From Ignavibacteria bacterium (lineage in GTDB: Bacteria; Bacteroidota; Ignavibacteria; Tepidaquicellales; OLB5), in assembly GCA_030835085.1 (NCBI GenBank), contig JAUQWQ010000076.1, forward strand, positions 8,389 to 72,388: a stretch of DNA of 64,000 nucleotides. The letters run 5' to 3'. The notes beneath the pieces are model-generated. The model saw only the letters and a program-made list of their open reading frames with translations, was not told the origin of the DNA and searched no databases. The position numbers and the translations under genes were made by a program. Below, piece by piece: positions 30,001 to 39,606 of this stretch (position 1 is its first letter; every line of letters starts with the position of its first letter).

Positions 30001-30988
30001 GGTCACAGTACCGCCTTCGCTGGTTCAAACAGGTACAATTGCCAATGGAAGCTCAACTTTATATATGTTTGGCGGTGATACGGTTGCTGTGATTACCTGG
30101 CATGGAGCAAGTTTGCCGTCATCATTAACGGCAAAGTATTATTCAGGTACAAATCCGCCATTGGCTTCAACCGGTAAATTCGGGAATGCATACGTTTCTT
30201 TCATTCCTGTCGGCGGTTCAGGATATACTTTTGACATAAAATTATTTTATGACCCTGCATTGATCGGAACAATATCTAATGAAAACAGGATATCTATGGC
30301 AAATTTTGTAAGCAGCATATGGAGCCATTATGATGCCGAGCTGAATAATAATTTAAGAACTGTTTACAAAACCGGACTTACAGGACTGGCAGTATTTGCA
30401 ATTGACGATTATGACGATCCGCTTCCGGTTATGCTTTCATCATTTAATGCGGCTCTCAACGGAAGAAATGTTAAACTGAGCTGGGAAACCACTTTTGAGT
30501 TTAATAATGCCGGATTTGATATCGAAAGAAGATCTGAATTTGATACCAAATGGATCAGCCTGGGATTTGTTCAGGGAAGCGGTACAACAAGCGGTGTTAA
30601 TATATATAGCTATTATGATAATAACCTGAATACCGCAAAATATTCTTACAGGCTTAAACAGACAGATTATAACGGCAGCTATGTTTTTTTTAACCTTGGA
30701 AATGATATTATAGTTGGTAAACCCGTAAAATATGAAGTTTCGCAAAATTACCCCAATCCATCTAATCCTAACTCCCGCATTAATTTTCAGGTACCCGCAG
30801 ACGCAAATGTTACACTAAAGGTATATGATATCAGCGGAAAGGAAGTTAAGACATTGATAGAAAATTACCTGCCGGCCGGTTATTACACGGCTGATTTTGA
30901 CGGTACAAATATAGCAAGCGGAATTTATTTCTACAGGTTGAATGCAGAAGGTTATTCCAAAACTTTAAAATTGATTTTAGTAAAATAA
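27011..30988 (+). CDS. large secreted right-handed beta-helix repeat protein with T9SS C-terminal sorting domain
   Basis: 1325 aa with a signal peptide. Repeated NxxIxNN / IxxN beta-helix-like turns in the middle, GAPDIGAYEF, and CTD QNYPNPSNPNSRINF...LKLILVK. Confidence 0.75.
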   Translation: MKKIILLLLISFSATILYSQISSYNFSSNSGVYTEISGGTVLGTTANDEQVFNNNTSGETGTQTDIGFPIGFNFNFNGIVYDRFAVNSNGWIKLGTGTFTIGSTNTPISYSGTTGFENIISPMGRDLQGQTGSELSYLLTGASPNRVLIVQWKNYRKYNAASGENYNFQIRLNENNYIIQFVYGSVTTANTSTSTSNNPTQLGIRGLLNSDYKNRTTTSSWSSSSAGTINTATMRLTTSVKPSSGLTYSFTPANMSYVSSTTVIADTSSVKKNSVNNPVIRIQVVVSGVLNPVSVTSLVCKTSGTSSSSDITNARIWYTGNSSVFSAVQQFGSVIANPGGTISFNDTELLNSGTNYFWLTYDIPLTAVTGNSIDGECSSITVGSSRTPSTQAPSGNRKIASSPLSGIYSIGLTMFNFVTGMNLHYQKIQKSSIITGYKGNSNENMKQESKLDHFDIYSDLKETEYSAKTDTFILMDGNTQYTQEGFAEITPQIRNKLGSSFLNDEINGVYSSLTAAVSDLNARGILGPVLFSMVDALYNTETFPLVLNDINGSGTVNTITIKPAEGVNAQIVMTTGTSIFRIFNTGNITIDGSNTVNGTTRNLSIISNYSNLSNCIWISSSGTAPVSNITIKNCNIKSGESSLGSSCIIVSDGLVAGNPGYFTDINIFNNFIQKGRQGIYINGGILPQNGSNVFIYDNVINSTGTDATGYLGIYLQGVNFAVIRDNEVANLNNTSAEDDKAIWIANGSHSITAERNKIYNIGYYGNSGQGGHGIYVSSNHLNADVILKNNLIYNVYGDGWNHNDASYFLDNPAGIMLYSSSAQSGLSIYNNSINLYGNTLNSASSISSGIFVTARTTVDIRNNSITNNLGVISDSAYGSCAVYAQTNSEQFLNIDYNNYYVNPSGTGVKAIGKISGSGYLTLPDWVLATSKDRSSLSYNPGYTSDVNLFPDVTGANCWSLNGRGTQLAEVNSDYSLNTRSTSAVNGAPDIGAYEFTPVTVPPSLVQTGTIANGSSTLYMFGGDTVAVITWHGASLPSSLTAKYYSGTNPPLASTGKFGNAYVSFIPVGGSGYTFDIKLFYDPALIGTISNENRISMANFVSSIWSHYDAELNNNLRTVYKTGLTGLAVFAIDDYDDPLPVMLSSFNAALNGRNVKLSWETTFEFNNAGFDIERRSEFDTKWISLGFVQGSGTTSGVNIYSYYDNNLNTAKYSYRLKQTDYNGSYVFFNLGNDIIVGKPVKYEVSQNYPNPSNPNSRINFQVPADANVTLKVYDISGKEVKTLIENYLPAGYYTADFDGTNIASGIYFYRLNAEGYSKTLKLILVK

Positions 30989-31017
30989 TTTATAAAAAAT
31001 ATACGGAGAGATCTATA

Positions 31018-32307
31018 ATGAAACCTTTATTAATTTTTAACATAACGCTCAGCAGATGCTTTATACTGACTTTTATGCTTTTAACCTGTATTGTAACTGC
31101 GAATTCAATTTCTCAGTACAAACCTTTAACTAATGATCTGTGGTGCATGGAATTTTTTGACGAATCCAGCGGCATTACCGTTGGCAGTACAGGTACTGTA
31201 ATGCAGACAAATGATGGCGGTGTAAGCTGGACAGAAAAAACGAGCGGGACAATAAACACTCTTAAAAAAACTGCTATACTCTCCGATGACAATATTGTTG
31301 TTGTTGGCTTAAGGGGGACGATCATTAAAACTACAGACCATGGTGAAACATGGAAACCAAAAGCTTCCGGGTTAAATATTGACCTGTATGGTGTGTGTTT
31401 TGGAGGCAGACTATCTGAAACAGGCATTGCTGTAGGTGATAATGGCACTATATTAAGATCAACTGACCAGGGCGAAACTTGGAATGCAGTTACTATGGAT
31501 ATCAATATTGGCAAGAAAGTGAATTACCGCTCTGTTGCATTTGGAAGTGAAAGCAACGGAGTTATCGTTGGACAGAACGGTGCACTGCTGCTAACATCCG
31601 ATGGAGGAATTTCATGGTATAGTTCTCCTTCAATTGTCCCTTGTGTGAATTACGTTTTCGCAATAATGACCAACGATTTTACAGCATTTGCTACCGGCGA
31701 TAACGGCGTTATAATCAGGTCTACCAATGCCGGAGAAAGCTGGGAAACTCTTAATACCGGGGTGAGTAATACTCTGTACAGGATCAGGTTCGCAGATGAT
31801 CAAAATGCTATTTCTGTAGGCAAAGAAGGTACGATACTGAAAACTACAGATGGTGGTCTAAGCTGGACCAGTGAATCTGGCGGTTATTCCAATGACCTTA
31901 ATTGCCTTTTTGTGGTTGATGAACAGGTCTCATATGCGGGAGGTTCTGATGGGTTAATACTGAAAACAACTGATGGAGGAATTAGCTGGGTTCAGCAGGG
32001 CGTAAATAAAAATAACCGAAATGGTTTTGAACAGAATGAGCAAAAAATATCGGTGTTTCCTAATCCTTCCAATCCGATATCAGTCATAAATTATTCTGTT
32101 TCAGAATTATCATTTGTCACAATAAAAATTTACGATGTTCTGGGTAAGGAGCTTGATCTGCTGGTAAATGAAATTCACAGCAAAGGTACATACTCGGTTT
32201 TATTTGACGGCACAAAACTTTCAAGCGGCATGTATTTCTGCAAAATGGCAGTACAAAATGAAAATGGCATCACAGCTAAAACGATGAAGATCATTTTAGT
32301 GAAGTAA
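31018..32307 (+). CDS. BNR/Asp-box (Ycf48-/sialidase-like beta-propeller) protein with T9SS C-terminal sorting domain
   Basis: 429 aa. Seven SxDxGxxW-type boxes (TNDGGVSW, TTDHGETW, STDQGETW, TSDGGISW, STNAGESW, TTDGGLSW, TTDGGISW). CTD FPNPSNPISVINYS...MKIILVK. Confidence 0.75.
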   Translation: MKPLLIFNITLSRCFILTFMLLTCIVTANSISQYKPLTNDLWCMEFFDESSGITVGSTGTVMQTNDGGVSWTEKTSGTINTLKKTAILSDDNIVVVGLRGTIIKTTDHGETWKPKASGLNIDLYGVCFGGRLSETGIAVGDNGTILRSTDQGETWNAVTMDINIGKKVNYRSVAFGSESNGVIVGQNGALLLTSDGGISWYSSPSIVPCVNYVFAIMTNDFTAFATGDNGVIIRSTNAGESWETLNTGVSNTLYRIRFADDQNAISVGKEGTILKTTDGGLSWTSESGGYSNDLNCLFVVDEQVSYAGGSDGLILKTTDGGISWVQQGVNKNNRNGFEQNEQKISVFPNPSNPISVINYSVSELSFVTIKIYDVLGKELDLLVNEIHSKGTYSVLFDGTKLSSGMYFCKMAVQNENGITAKTMKIILVK

Positions 32308-32320
32308 AGGTAAAATAAGG

Positions 32321-32353
32321 AACAGGCGTTCATTTAGAGCGCCTGTTTTTTTT
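32321..32353. terminator. rho-independent terminator between convergent genes
   Basis: aacaggcg ... cgcctgtt stem followed by T8. Confidence 0.75.
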
Positions 32354-32364
32354 AAACTCTTCTG

Positions 32365-33747
32365 TTATTTCAACAATACCATTTTTTTTCGCATTATATA
32401 CTCTCCGGCTGTAATCACATAAAAATATATTCCACTTGCAATGCCTGTGCCATCAAATTCAATTTTATGAGTTCCCGATGTTAAAGACCCATCAGCAAGT
32501 TTTGCGATTTCTCTTCCTGTCAAATCAAAGATCTTAAGAGTAACATAGCTGTTTTCAGGTAAATCAAAACTGATTGTAGTTATTGGGTTGAAAGGATTGG
32601 GATAATTTTGATGCAAAAAGTATTCTGACGGAACATTTATTTCGCTATTGTTAACCCCTATAACAACAGCAGTATCTATCAGTTTAAATATCTTCACACC
32701 GGTAGAAGACCATGCATAGATCTTCCCGCTCAGTTTCACAGCTTCTAGATCGGTAACTAAACCACTATTACTCTCAAATGTCATATCAGTCCAGTGTAAA
32801 CCCTCATCAGTGGATTTATAAATATGATTTAATATATTATTTGAGTCCAAGCCAACACCGCCTAAATACCATACTGTTGAGGCCGGTACGGATACTAAGC
32901 TTGAAGGATAAAAATTAACAGGAAACGCAAATTGTCCTGTCCAATTCAAACCTCCATTATGTGAGTAAGACATTATCTCTGATGTATTGTTTAAATGTGA
33001 AAATGAAATTCCGTACAAATTATCATCTTTAAATGTTACGGCATTGCTTAGACGCCTCCCGGGTTCTCTATCGGAAAACAGCCAGCTTAATCCGCCGTTA
33101 GTAGTATAAGCAATTCTAACTGAAGGACAATTGCTTGTTATGCATCCTAAAGAATACCAGACGTGAATTGAGTCAGTAACACATGCAGTAATACCATAGT
33201 AATTCCCGAAGTTAGGAGTGAACATCTGCCATGTGTTACCATAATCTGTGGTTTTATATATTTTAAAACCAGCTGGTCCGTATGGGCGCGAACAAAAAAC
33301 ATAACCAGTATTCCTTTGCTGCCTTGAAAACTCTATCGCATTAACTACATAAGTATTCTCACCCGCATTTAAGATCTCTGACCAGTTATAGCCCCTATTA
33401 GTAGTTTTGTAAACCTTGCCGAATTCACTTCCTACAATTGCTGAGTCGCTGTCAATTCCCGCTATTGAAGTGTAGATAGTTTGCTGAGGAAGATCATTCC
33501 AGAAATGTGTTTCCCAGTATTGCCCCGGTAATTTAATATATGTTACAGCTGTATCCCACATATTAAATGAAGAATATCCCAGCGCCCAAACTGTGCCGGT
33601 ATCTACAATACTGATATTTTGCATTATACAGCCGGGTGAAGCTGAATATTCGTGCTCCCATTGCGATTCTACAATAGCAGTATTAATTAATGGAGAGAGT
33701 ATTATACAGAAGAGAATAACGATAGTGTTCTTTCCTAAATACTTCAT
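32365..33747 (-). CDS. Asp-box-like beta-propeller protein with T9SS C-terminal sorting domain
   Basis: 460 aa. Degenerate boxes (TTNRGYNW, TTDYGNTW, TTNGGLSW, SHNGGLNW, STDEGLHW). CTD QNYPNPFNPITTISFD...KKMVLLK. Confidence 0.7.
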   Translation of the reverse strand: MKYLGKNTIVILFCIILSPLINTAIVESQWEHEYSASPGCIMQNISIVDTGTVWALGYSSFNMWDTAVTYIKLPGQYWETHFWNDLPQQTIYTSIAGIDSDSAIVGSEFGKVYKTTNRGYNWSEILNAGENTYVVNAIEFSRQQRNTGYVFCSRPYGPAGFKIYKTTDYGNTWQMFTPNFGNYYGITACVTDSIHVWYSLGCITSNCPSVRIAYTTNGGLSWLFSDREPGRRLSNAVTFKDDNLYGISFSHLNNTSEIMSYSHNGGLNWTGQFAFPVNFYPSSLVSVPASTVWYLGGVGLDSNNILNHIYKSTDEGLHWTDMTFESNSGLVTDLEAVKLSGKIYAWSSTGVKIFKLIDTAVVIGVNNSEINVPSEYFLHQNYPNPFNPITTISFDLPENSYVTLKIFDLTGREIAKLADGSLTSGTHKIEFDGTGIASGIYFYVITAGEYIMRKKMVLLK

Positions 33748-33752
33748 TTTAT

Positions 33753-34346
33753 TTACAATACCTTTCTATACCTGTGACATTCAACTAAGTGATCATTCAC
33801 CATTCCTGTTGCCTGCATATGTGCGTAACAAATAGTTGAACCGACAAATTTAAATCCATCTTTAATTAACTGCTTGCTCATTGCGTCAGATTCTGCTGTT
33901 CTTGCGGGGAGCTCACTCAAAGATCTCCACTGGTTCTTTTTAACTTTTCCGCCTGTGAACTGCCACAAGTAATCAGTAAATGAACCGGTTTTATCCCGGA
34001 TATCCAGATAGGCTTTTGCATTAGTAATAGTTGCAGCAATTTTCAGCCTGTTCCTTATAATGCCCGCATCATTCAGCAATTTCCGAACTTTGCTTTCAGT
34101 ATACCGGGCAATTTTTTGCGCGTTAAATCCGTCAAAGGCCTTCCTGAAGTTTTCACGCTTGTATAAAATTGTCCTCCAGCTTAATCCTGCCTGGAAACCT
34201 TCCAAAATAAGGAATTCAAAAAGTTTATCATCATCTCTCAGCGGGACACCCCATTCTTCATCGTGATATTTTATATACAACGGGTCACTTCCGCACCAGG
34301 GGCAGCGTATTATTTCTTTTGGCATGATATTTTCTGTATGCAGCAC
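33753..34346 (-). CDS. tag: DNA-3-methyladenine glycosylase I
   Basis: RCPWCGSDPLYIKYHDEEWGVP and FEFLILEGFQAGLSW are Tag signatures. An alternative start at M8 (34325) is possible. Confidence 0.9.
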   Translation of the reverse strand: MLHTENIMPKEIIRCPWCGSDPLYIKYHDEEWGVPLRDDDKLFEFLILEGFQAGLSWRTILYKRENFRKAFDGFNAQKIARYTESKVRKLLNDAGIIRNRLKIAATITNAKAYLDIRDKTGSFTDYLWQFTGGKVKKNQWRSLSELPARTAESDAMSKQLIKDGFKFVGSTICYAHMQATGMVNDHLVECHRYRKVL

Positions 34347-34430
34347 AGGTAATTATACCTGTGCAGTTAATAAATTATTCAAAATTATTAACTATTATGT
34401 AAAAAGCCAAATCATTAAATTCGCAGTAAC

Positions 34431-35246
34431 ATGGAACTGTTCAAAATAGGCTTTATTACCGTAAATTTAATTGATATAATTGATATAATTATAGTCACTT
34501 ATATATTTTACAAGCTCTACCTTGTAATGCGCGGTACTATTGCCTCACAGATATTCCTTGGGTTAACCCTTATAATACTTGCCTCTTTAATTGCGCAGAC
34601 GTTTAATATGAAATCCCTTGGCTGGATATTCAGCAGGTTGACTGATATCTGGGTCATTGCATTCATTATACTTTTCCAGCCGGAAATACGAAGGCTGCTG
34701 CTGGTAATAGGCAGAACAAGGATAGCCCGGTATTTCCTTAAGATCAATGCCAGTGAGACTATTAACGAAATTGTTGAAGGATTGCGTGAACTTAAGGACC
34801 GCAAACAGGGTGCGCTTATCGTTATTTCGATGGGAGACAGGCTTACCAGTTTTGTTGAAACAGGCGAACAGCTTCAGGCAAAAGTCAGTAAGGAACTGCT
34901 CATTTCAATTTTCAGTACAAAATCTCCGCTGCACGATGGCGCGGTGATAATAAATAATAATACAATAGAAGCAGCGCGCTGCATACTGCCGCTATCATCC
35001 ACAGAAAAGATCGGTACACGCAAACTCGGCACACGTCACCGCGCCGGGCTCGGCGCATCGGAAGATGTGAACGCCATGGTGATAATTCTTTCTGAAGAAA
35101 CCGGGGGCTTATCAATTGCCGAAGACGGTAAGCTTAAATTTGTTTCAGGGCTTGATGAACTGAGCAGAGAAATGAAAAAGGAACTTGAATCATCCGATGT
35201 TAAAGAAGAAGTAAAGGAAATTTTCGAAGAAATGGATGAGGAGTAG
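34431..35246 (+). CDS. cdaA: diadenylate cyclase CdaA (three N-terminal TM helices plus DAC domain)
   Basis: 271 aa. DAC motifs PLHDGAVII and GTRHRAGLGASEDVNAMVIILSEETGGLS. Confidence 0.9.
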   Translation: MELFKIGFITVNLIDIIDIIIVTYIFYKLYLVMRGTIASQIFLGLTLIILASLIAQTFNMKSLGWIFSRLTDIWVIAFIILFQPEIRRLLLVIGRTRIARYFLKINASETINEIVEGLRELKDRKQGALIVISMGDRLTSFVETGEQLQAKVSKELLISIFSTKSPLHDGAVIINNNTIEAARCILPLSSTEKIGTRKLGTRHRAGLGASEDVNAMVIILSEETGGLSIAEDGKLKFVSGLDELSREMKKELESSDVKEEVKEIFEEMDEE

Positions 35247-35251
35247 AATTT

Positions 35252-35890
35252 ATGCTTCTGCTTGAAGAAGAAAAACGAAAGCTTGTAGAAGGTCTTTGGG
35301 GCAAAGGAATAAAAGATGAAAATGTTCTAAAGGCTATATACGATATCCCCCGCGAAAAATTTATTTCAAACGCTTTAAGAAAATTTGCGTATGATGATAA
35401 CGCACTGCCAATAGAATGCGCCCAGACAATTTCCCAGCCATTTACAGTTGCATATATGACCCAGGTACTGGCGATCAGGCCCGGAGATAAAATTCTGGAG
35501 ATCGGCACAGGCTCCGGTTACCAGGCAGCAGTTTTATGCAAATTAGGCGCAGTTGTATATTCAGTTGAAAGAATTGAAAAACTATATGAAAACGCATCCG
35601 TTCTGCTTCCGGAACTGGGTTTTGAAGTATATTTAAAACTTGATGACGGCACACTGGGATGGGAAGAGAACGCGCCCTATGATAAAATAATTGTTACTGC
35701 GGGCGCACCTGATATTCCCCATCACCTTGTTGAACAGCTGAATTTTGGAGGCAAACTTGTTATACCGGTAGGTGACCAGCAGACACAGAAACTTTTTGAG
35801 ATCACAAGGACCGAAACAGGAATAGAAAAGAAATTTTATGATTATTTTAAATTTGTCCCTTTAATAGGGGCAGAAGGCTGGAAAGCATAA
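35252..35890 (+). CDS. pcm: protein-L-isoaspartate O-methyltransferase
   Basis: 212 aa. ISQPFTVAYMTQ, LEIGTGSGYQAAVL, GGKLVIPVG. Confidence 0.9.
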   Translation: MLLLEEEKRKLVEGLWGKGIKDENVLKAIYDIPREKFISNALRKFAYDDNALPIECAQTISQPFTVAYMTQVLAIRPGDKILEIGTGSGYQAAVLCKLGAVVYSVERIEKLYENASVLLPELGFEVYLKLDDGTLGWEENAPYDKIIVTAGAPDIPHHLVEQLNFGGKLVIPVGDQQTQKLFEITRTETGIEKKFYDYFKFVPLIGAEGWKA

Positions 35891-35898
35891 GTAATACT

Positions 35899-36825
35899 AT
35901 GGCAAAGCCAAAAGTCATAGTAATAACAGGACCCACAGCTTCAGGAAAAACAGCCCTTGCTTTAAAGACAGCACAAAATATTGAAAGTAAAACTGGCAAG
36001 ACAGTTGAGATAATTTCAGCTGATTCACGTCAGGTATACAAACATATACCAATTACAACAGCACAGCCATCACAGGAAGAATTAAGCAGGTTCAAACATC
36101 ATTTTGTAAATATGCTTGAGCTTGATGAAGAATTTAATGCCGGTGAGTTCGGCTCACAGGCAAGGATTTTGATCGATAAATTGTTTAACGAAGGGAAAAT
36201 TCCACTGGTAGTTGGCGGCAGCGGATTGTATGTTAATTCACTTGTCTATGGATTTTTTGAAATTGGAAGCGATGATAAACTGCTTTCCGAAAAATTCAAA
36301 ATAAAACGTGATGAAATTTACAGGCTCAAAGAAGAAAAAGGTCTTGAACATTTACTGGATGAACTGAAAAAATATGATGCAGTAACTTTCGCCCGGATGA
36401 AGGAAGTTAAAGAACGGCGCGTTATCCGCGCGCTGGAAGTATTTTACGTTACGGGTATTCCCATTTCGCAGCACCAAAGCCATAAAATTGAAATAAATTT
36501 TGATGTTTTAATGTATGGTATCCAAAAGGAGCGAAGCGTGTTATATGAGAGGATCAACAAAAGAACTGATGTTATGTTAAGCAGCGGTATGATAGAAGAA
36601 ATTGAAGCGCTAAAAGATCTGAGTTACCATTATAAAACTCATAATTCATTGAACACAGTAGGAGCAAGGGAGATATTTGATTTCCTTGATAGATTGATAA
36701 CAAAAGAAAGAATGACCGAACTTATCAAACAGAATACCCGCCGTTTTGCCAAACGGCAATTGACATGGTTCAGAAGAGATGAAAATATTAAGTGGATAGG
36801 TAAGGATAGTGAAATCAGAGTTTAG
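35899..36825 (+). CDS. miaA: tRNA dimethylallyltransferase
   Basis: 308 aa. P-loop ITGPTASGKTALA, SADSRQVYK, GGSGLY, RRFAKRQLTWFR. Confidence 0.92.
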   Translation: MAKPKVIVITGPTASGKTALALKTAQNIESKTGKTVEIISADSRQVYKHIPITTAQPSQEELSRFKHHFVNMLELDEEFNAGEFGSQARILIDKLFNEGKIPLVVGGSGLYVNSLVYGFFEIGSDDKLLSEKFKIKRDEIYRLKEEKGLEHLLDELKKYDAVTFARMKEVKERRVIRALEVFYVTGIPISQHQSHKIEINFDVLMYGIQKERSVLYERINKRTDVMLSSGMIEEIEALKDLSYHYKTHNSLNTVGAREIFDFLDRLITKERMTELIKQNTRRFAKRQLTWFRRDENIKWIGKDSEIRV

Positions 36826-36853
36826 TCATAAGACTTCAGAAGTCTCATGACTA
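36823..36853. terminator. hairpin spanning both stop codons of convergent genes
   Basis: agtcataagacttc-a-gaagtctcatgact, 13 of 14 positions paired. Overlaps the miaA stop and the stop of the 36851..37525 gene. Confidence 0.55.
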
Positions 36854-37525
36854 AACATAAAACCTCTTATTCAAATTCGCCATTTCTTTCAATATCGGGT
36901 GCGGACGGTAACGGTCTTCCCCGAAATCACGCTGTAAAGCGGCCAGAATGTTGTAAACCAGCTCAACTCCAAGTATGTCAGCCCACTCCAATGGACCAAA
37001 AGGATAATTTGTACCCAGCTTCATTGCTGTATCAATATCTTCTTTGGAGGCAATTTGCTCACTGTACACCTGCGCAGCTTCATTTATTATCATAGATACT
37101 ATTCTCGGGAAAATCAATCCCACTCTATCAGGCACTATTGAGTAGTTTATTCCCGCTTCGCTTAAGAAACTTTCTGCATTTTTAAGTATTTCCGCATCTG
37201 TTATTTTTGATGGCGCAATTTCAATTCTTTTAGCTTTTGAAAAAGTATCGTATAGACCAATTCCTATCAGTCTTTCGGGGTCCTTCTGAAGCCTGCATTG
37301 CTCTGATACTGATACACATAGTGATGAAGTGAAGATGGGTATAGTATCAGGGGTTACTGATTCAATGTATTGCAGCTCTTCAGACTTTTCATATTCCGGA
37401 AAGTTTGTTGTATTGAAAATTATTCCGGCTTCTTCGGGATTTTCTGTAAACTCAGCTTTCCCGTCCAGTAATTCTTTAATTTCGTTATTTATTGATTCCG
37501 AACCTGATAAATAAACTTTAGTCAT
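36851..37525 (-). CDS. 3-hydroxyacyl-CoA dehydrogenase-like protein with degenerate cofactor/catalytic motifs
   Basis: 224 aa. The C-terminal half is typical 3HCDH_C (IINEAAQVYSEQIASKEDIDTAMKLGTNYPFGPLEWADILGVE). The N-terminus has VYLSGSES where GxGxxG is expected and GLYDT where HFFNP is expected. Confidence 0.6.
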   Translation of the reverse strand: MTKVYLSGSESINNEIKELLDGKAEFTENPEEAGIIFNTTNFPEYEKSEELQYIESVTPDTIPIFTSSLCVSVSEQCRLQKDPERLIGIGLYDTFSKAKRIEIAPSKITDAEILKNAESFLSEAGINYSIVPDRVGLIFPRIVSMIINEAAQVYSEQIASKEDIDTAMKLGTNYPFGPLEWADILGVELVYNILAALQRDFGEDRYRPHPILKEMANLNKRFYV

Positions 37526-37532
37526 TTTATAG

Positions 37533-38309
37533 TTGAATAATTCTGAATTAAAAGAAAAATTAGAAGCTCATTACCTGAAGTACAGGCAAAAATTCTCATC
37601 AAAAGATCCTGTCTGGATGCTTCACAGGTTCACCGATGAACGGGATATTGAGCTTGTTGGATTAATTACAGCGGCTTATGCCTACGGTGCTGTTGACCAG
37701 ATAAACAGGTTCATTAATGAACTTCTGCAGAAAACCGGTAATAAACCATACGAATTTACCATTAATTTTTCCAAACGTAAAGATAAAAAGCATCTTGAAG
37801 GTCTGTATTACAGGTTCAATTCCTGCTTTGATATCATCAATATGTTCAGTTCGCTGAATAAAGCGCTTATAAGATCAGGTTCACTTAAGAACTTATTCCT
37901 TTCGCATTATAATGCTTCGGACAGCACTATTATTCCTGCGCTTGGCGGTTTCACCAATGAGCTGAATAAAAATATAATTAAAATTGATAACAGGTATTAC
38001 CATTACCTTTTTTCAAATCCCGTAAATAACAGCACGTGCAAACGAATGAACTTATTTTTACGATGGATGGTGCGTAAAGATGATATTGATACCGGGTTAT
38101 GGAGCGATATCCCGGCATCAAAACTCATAATGCCGGTTGATACACATATAGCCCGGATTTCGAAAAAGCTGAATCTGGTGAAGAGGAAAAGTATCGATCT
38201 GAAATTCGCACTTGAGCTGACAGATAAACTGAAAAAGTTTGATCCGGTTGACCCTGTAAAATATGATTTTGCTTTATGCCATATAGGTATAGATAAAAAA
38301 GAATTTTAA
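37533..38309 (+). CDS. TIGR02757/DUF2400 family protein
   Basis: 258 aa, TTG start. CKRMNLFLRWMVRKDDIDTGLW ... MPVDTHIARISKKLNL matches my recollection of this family. Confidence 0.6.
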   Translation: MNNSELKEKLEAHYLKYRQKFSSKDPVWMLHRFTDERDIELVGLITAAYAYGAVDQINRFINELLQKTGNKPYEFTINFSKRKDKKHLEGLYYRFNSCFDIINMFSSLNKALIRSGSLKNLFLSHYNASDSTIIPALGGFTNELNKNIIKIDNRYYHYLFSNPVNNSTCKRMNLFLRWMVRKDDIDTGLWSDIPASKLIMPVDTHIARISKKLNLVKRKSIDLKFALELTDKLKKFDPVDPVKYDFALCHIGIDKKEF

Positions 38310-38429
38310 TTTTGATTCGTCATAAAATTAAAGGCTATACTTGGGTGTTAGTAACTATAAACATTAATTCTTATTTTACAACTCTCAATAAAAAAGCATT
38401 TCCGGAATTCTTCTAAATATATATTATTT

Positions 38430-39590
38430 ATGAAAATAGGCATTCTTTGTTATCCAACTTACGGCGGAAGCGGCGTAGTAGCCACTGAGCTTGGCATTGA
38501 GCTTGCTGCCCGCGGTCACCAGGTGCATTTTATTTCTTACAGTATGCCCATGAGGCTCAATATGGGATTCTCTGATAACATCTCATTTCACAAAGTTGAA
38601 ATAGCCTCATACCCGCTGTTTGATTTTCCGTTATACAGCATTGCTCTTGCAAGCAAAATTGTTGAAGTGGCAAAATTCAACGGACTTGACCTGGTTCACG
38701 CACATTACGCAATACCGCATGCTACAAGCGCCTACCTTGCCAGGGAAATAATCAAAGAAGAAGTTCTTTCAAAGAAAAAAAACAACAGGAATATAAAGAT
38801 AATTACTACACTTCACGGTACCGATATAACTCTTACCGGACTTGAAATAAGTTTCCTGCCGACCATGAAATTTTCAGTGCAGAAATCTGACGGCGTTACA
38901 GCCGTATCTGAGTTCCTCAAAACGAAGACGCAATCTCAATACGAAATTACAAAAGATATAAAAGTTATACCCAATTTTATTAACCAGGATATTTACAAGA
39001 AAATTGATAATACAGAAACCAAATGCTTAAAAGAGAAGCTTTCGAAAAACGGTGAAAAGATCCTGGTCCATACTTCCAACTTCAGGCCTCTGAAAAGAGT
39101 TGATGATGCCATTAGAGCTTTTAAGATAATAAACGATAAAATACCTTCAAAATTATTATTGATTGGTGACGGACCTGAAAGAAGTAAATGCGAATACCTT
39201 GTAAAAGATCTTGGCTTGATAGATAATGTGAAGTTTTACGGTGAGCAGGAATCATTTACCGAAATACTTTCAGTTTCGGACCTGTTCCTCATGCCTTCGC
39301 AGTCAGAAAGTTTCGGGCTCTCAGCGCTCGAAGCAATGGCATGCGGTGTGCCGGTAATTTCATCTAATGCAGGCGGATTGCCTGAACTTAACCTTCATGG
39401 CGAAACCGGTTACATTGCTGAAATAGGTGATGTAGATAAAATGGCTGATTACGCAATAAGGCTTCTGGAAGACCCGAATAAGTATAAGATATTTTCAGAA
39501 AATGCCCTTGATAGAGCCACAACTCTGTTTTCTGCAGAGAAGATAATTCCCGAGTATGAAAAATATTACGAAGATATATTAGCTTCCTGA
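38430..39590 (+). CDS. bshA: GT4 glycosyltransferase, N-acetyl-alpha-D-glucosaminyl L-malate synthase (BshA)-like
   Basis: 386 aa. N-terminus MKIGILCYPTYGGSGVVATELGIELAARGHQVHFISY and C-terminal SESFGLSALEAMACGVPVISSNAGGLPE are BshA-like. Confidence 0.75.
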   Translation: MKIGILCYPTYGGSGVVATELGIELAARGHQVHFISYSMPMRLNMGFSDNISFHKVEIASYPLFDFPLYSIALASKIVEVAKFNGLDLVHAHYAIPHATSAYLAREIIKEEVLSKKKNNRNIKIITTLHGTDITLTGLEISFLPTMKFSVQKSDGVTAVSEFLKTKTQSQYEITKDIKVIPNFINQDIYKKIDNTETKCLKEKLSKNGEKILVHTSNFRPLKRVDDAIRAFKIINDKIPSKLLLIGDGPERSKCEYLVKDLGLIDNVKFYGEQESFTEILSVSDLFLMPSQSESFGLSALEAMACGVPVISSNAGGLPELNLHGETGYIAEIGDVDKMADYAIRLLEDPNKYKIFSENALDRATTLFSAEKIIPEYEKYYEDILAS

Positions 39591-39606
39591 TATTTTCAAT
39601 AGACAG

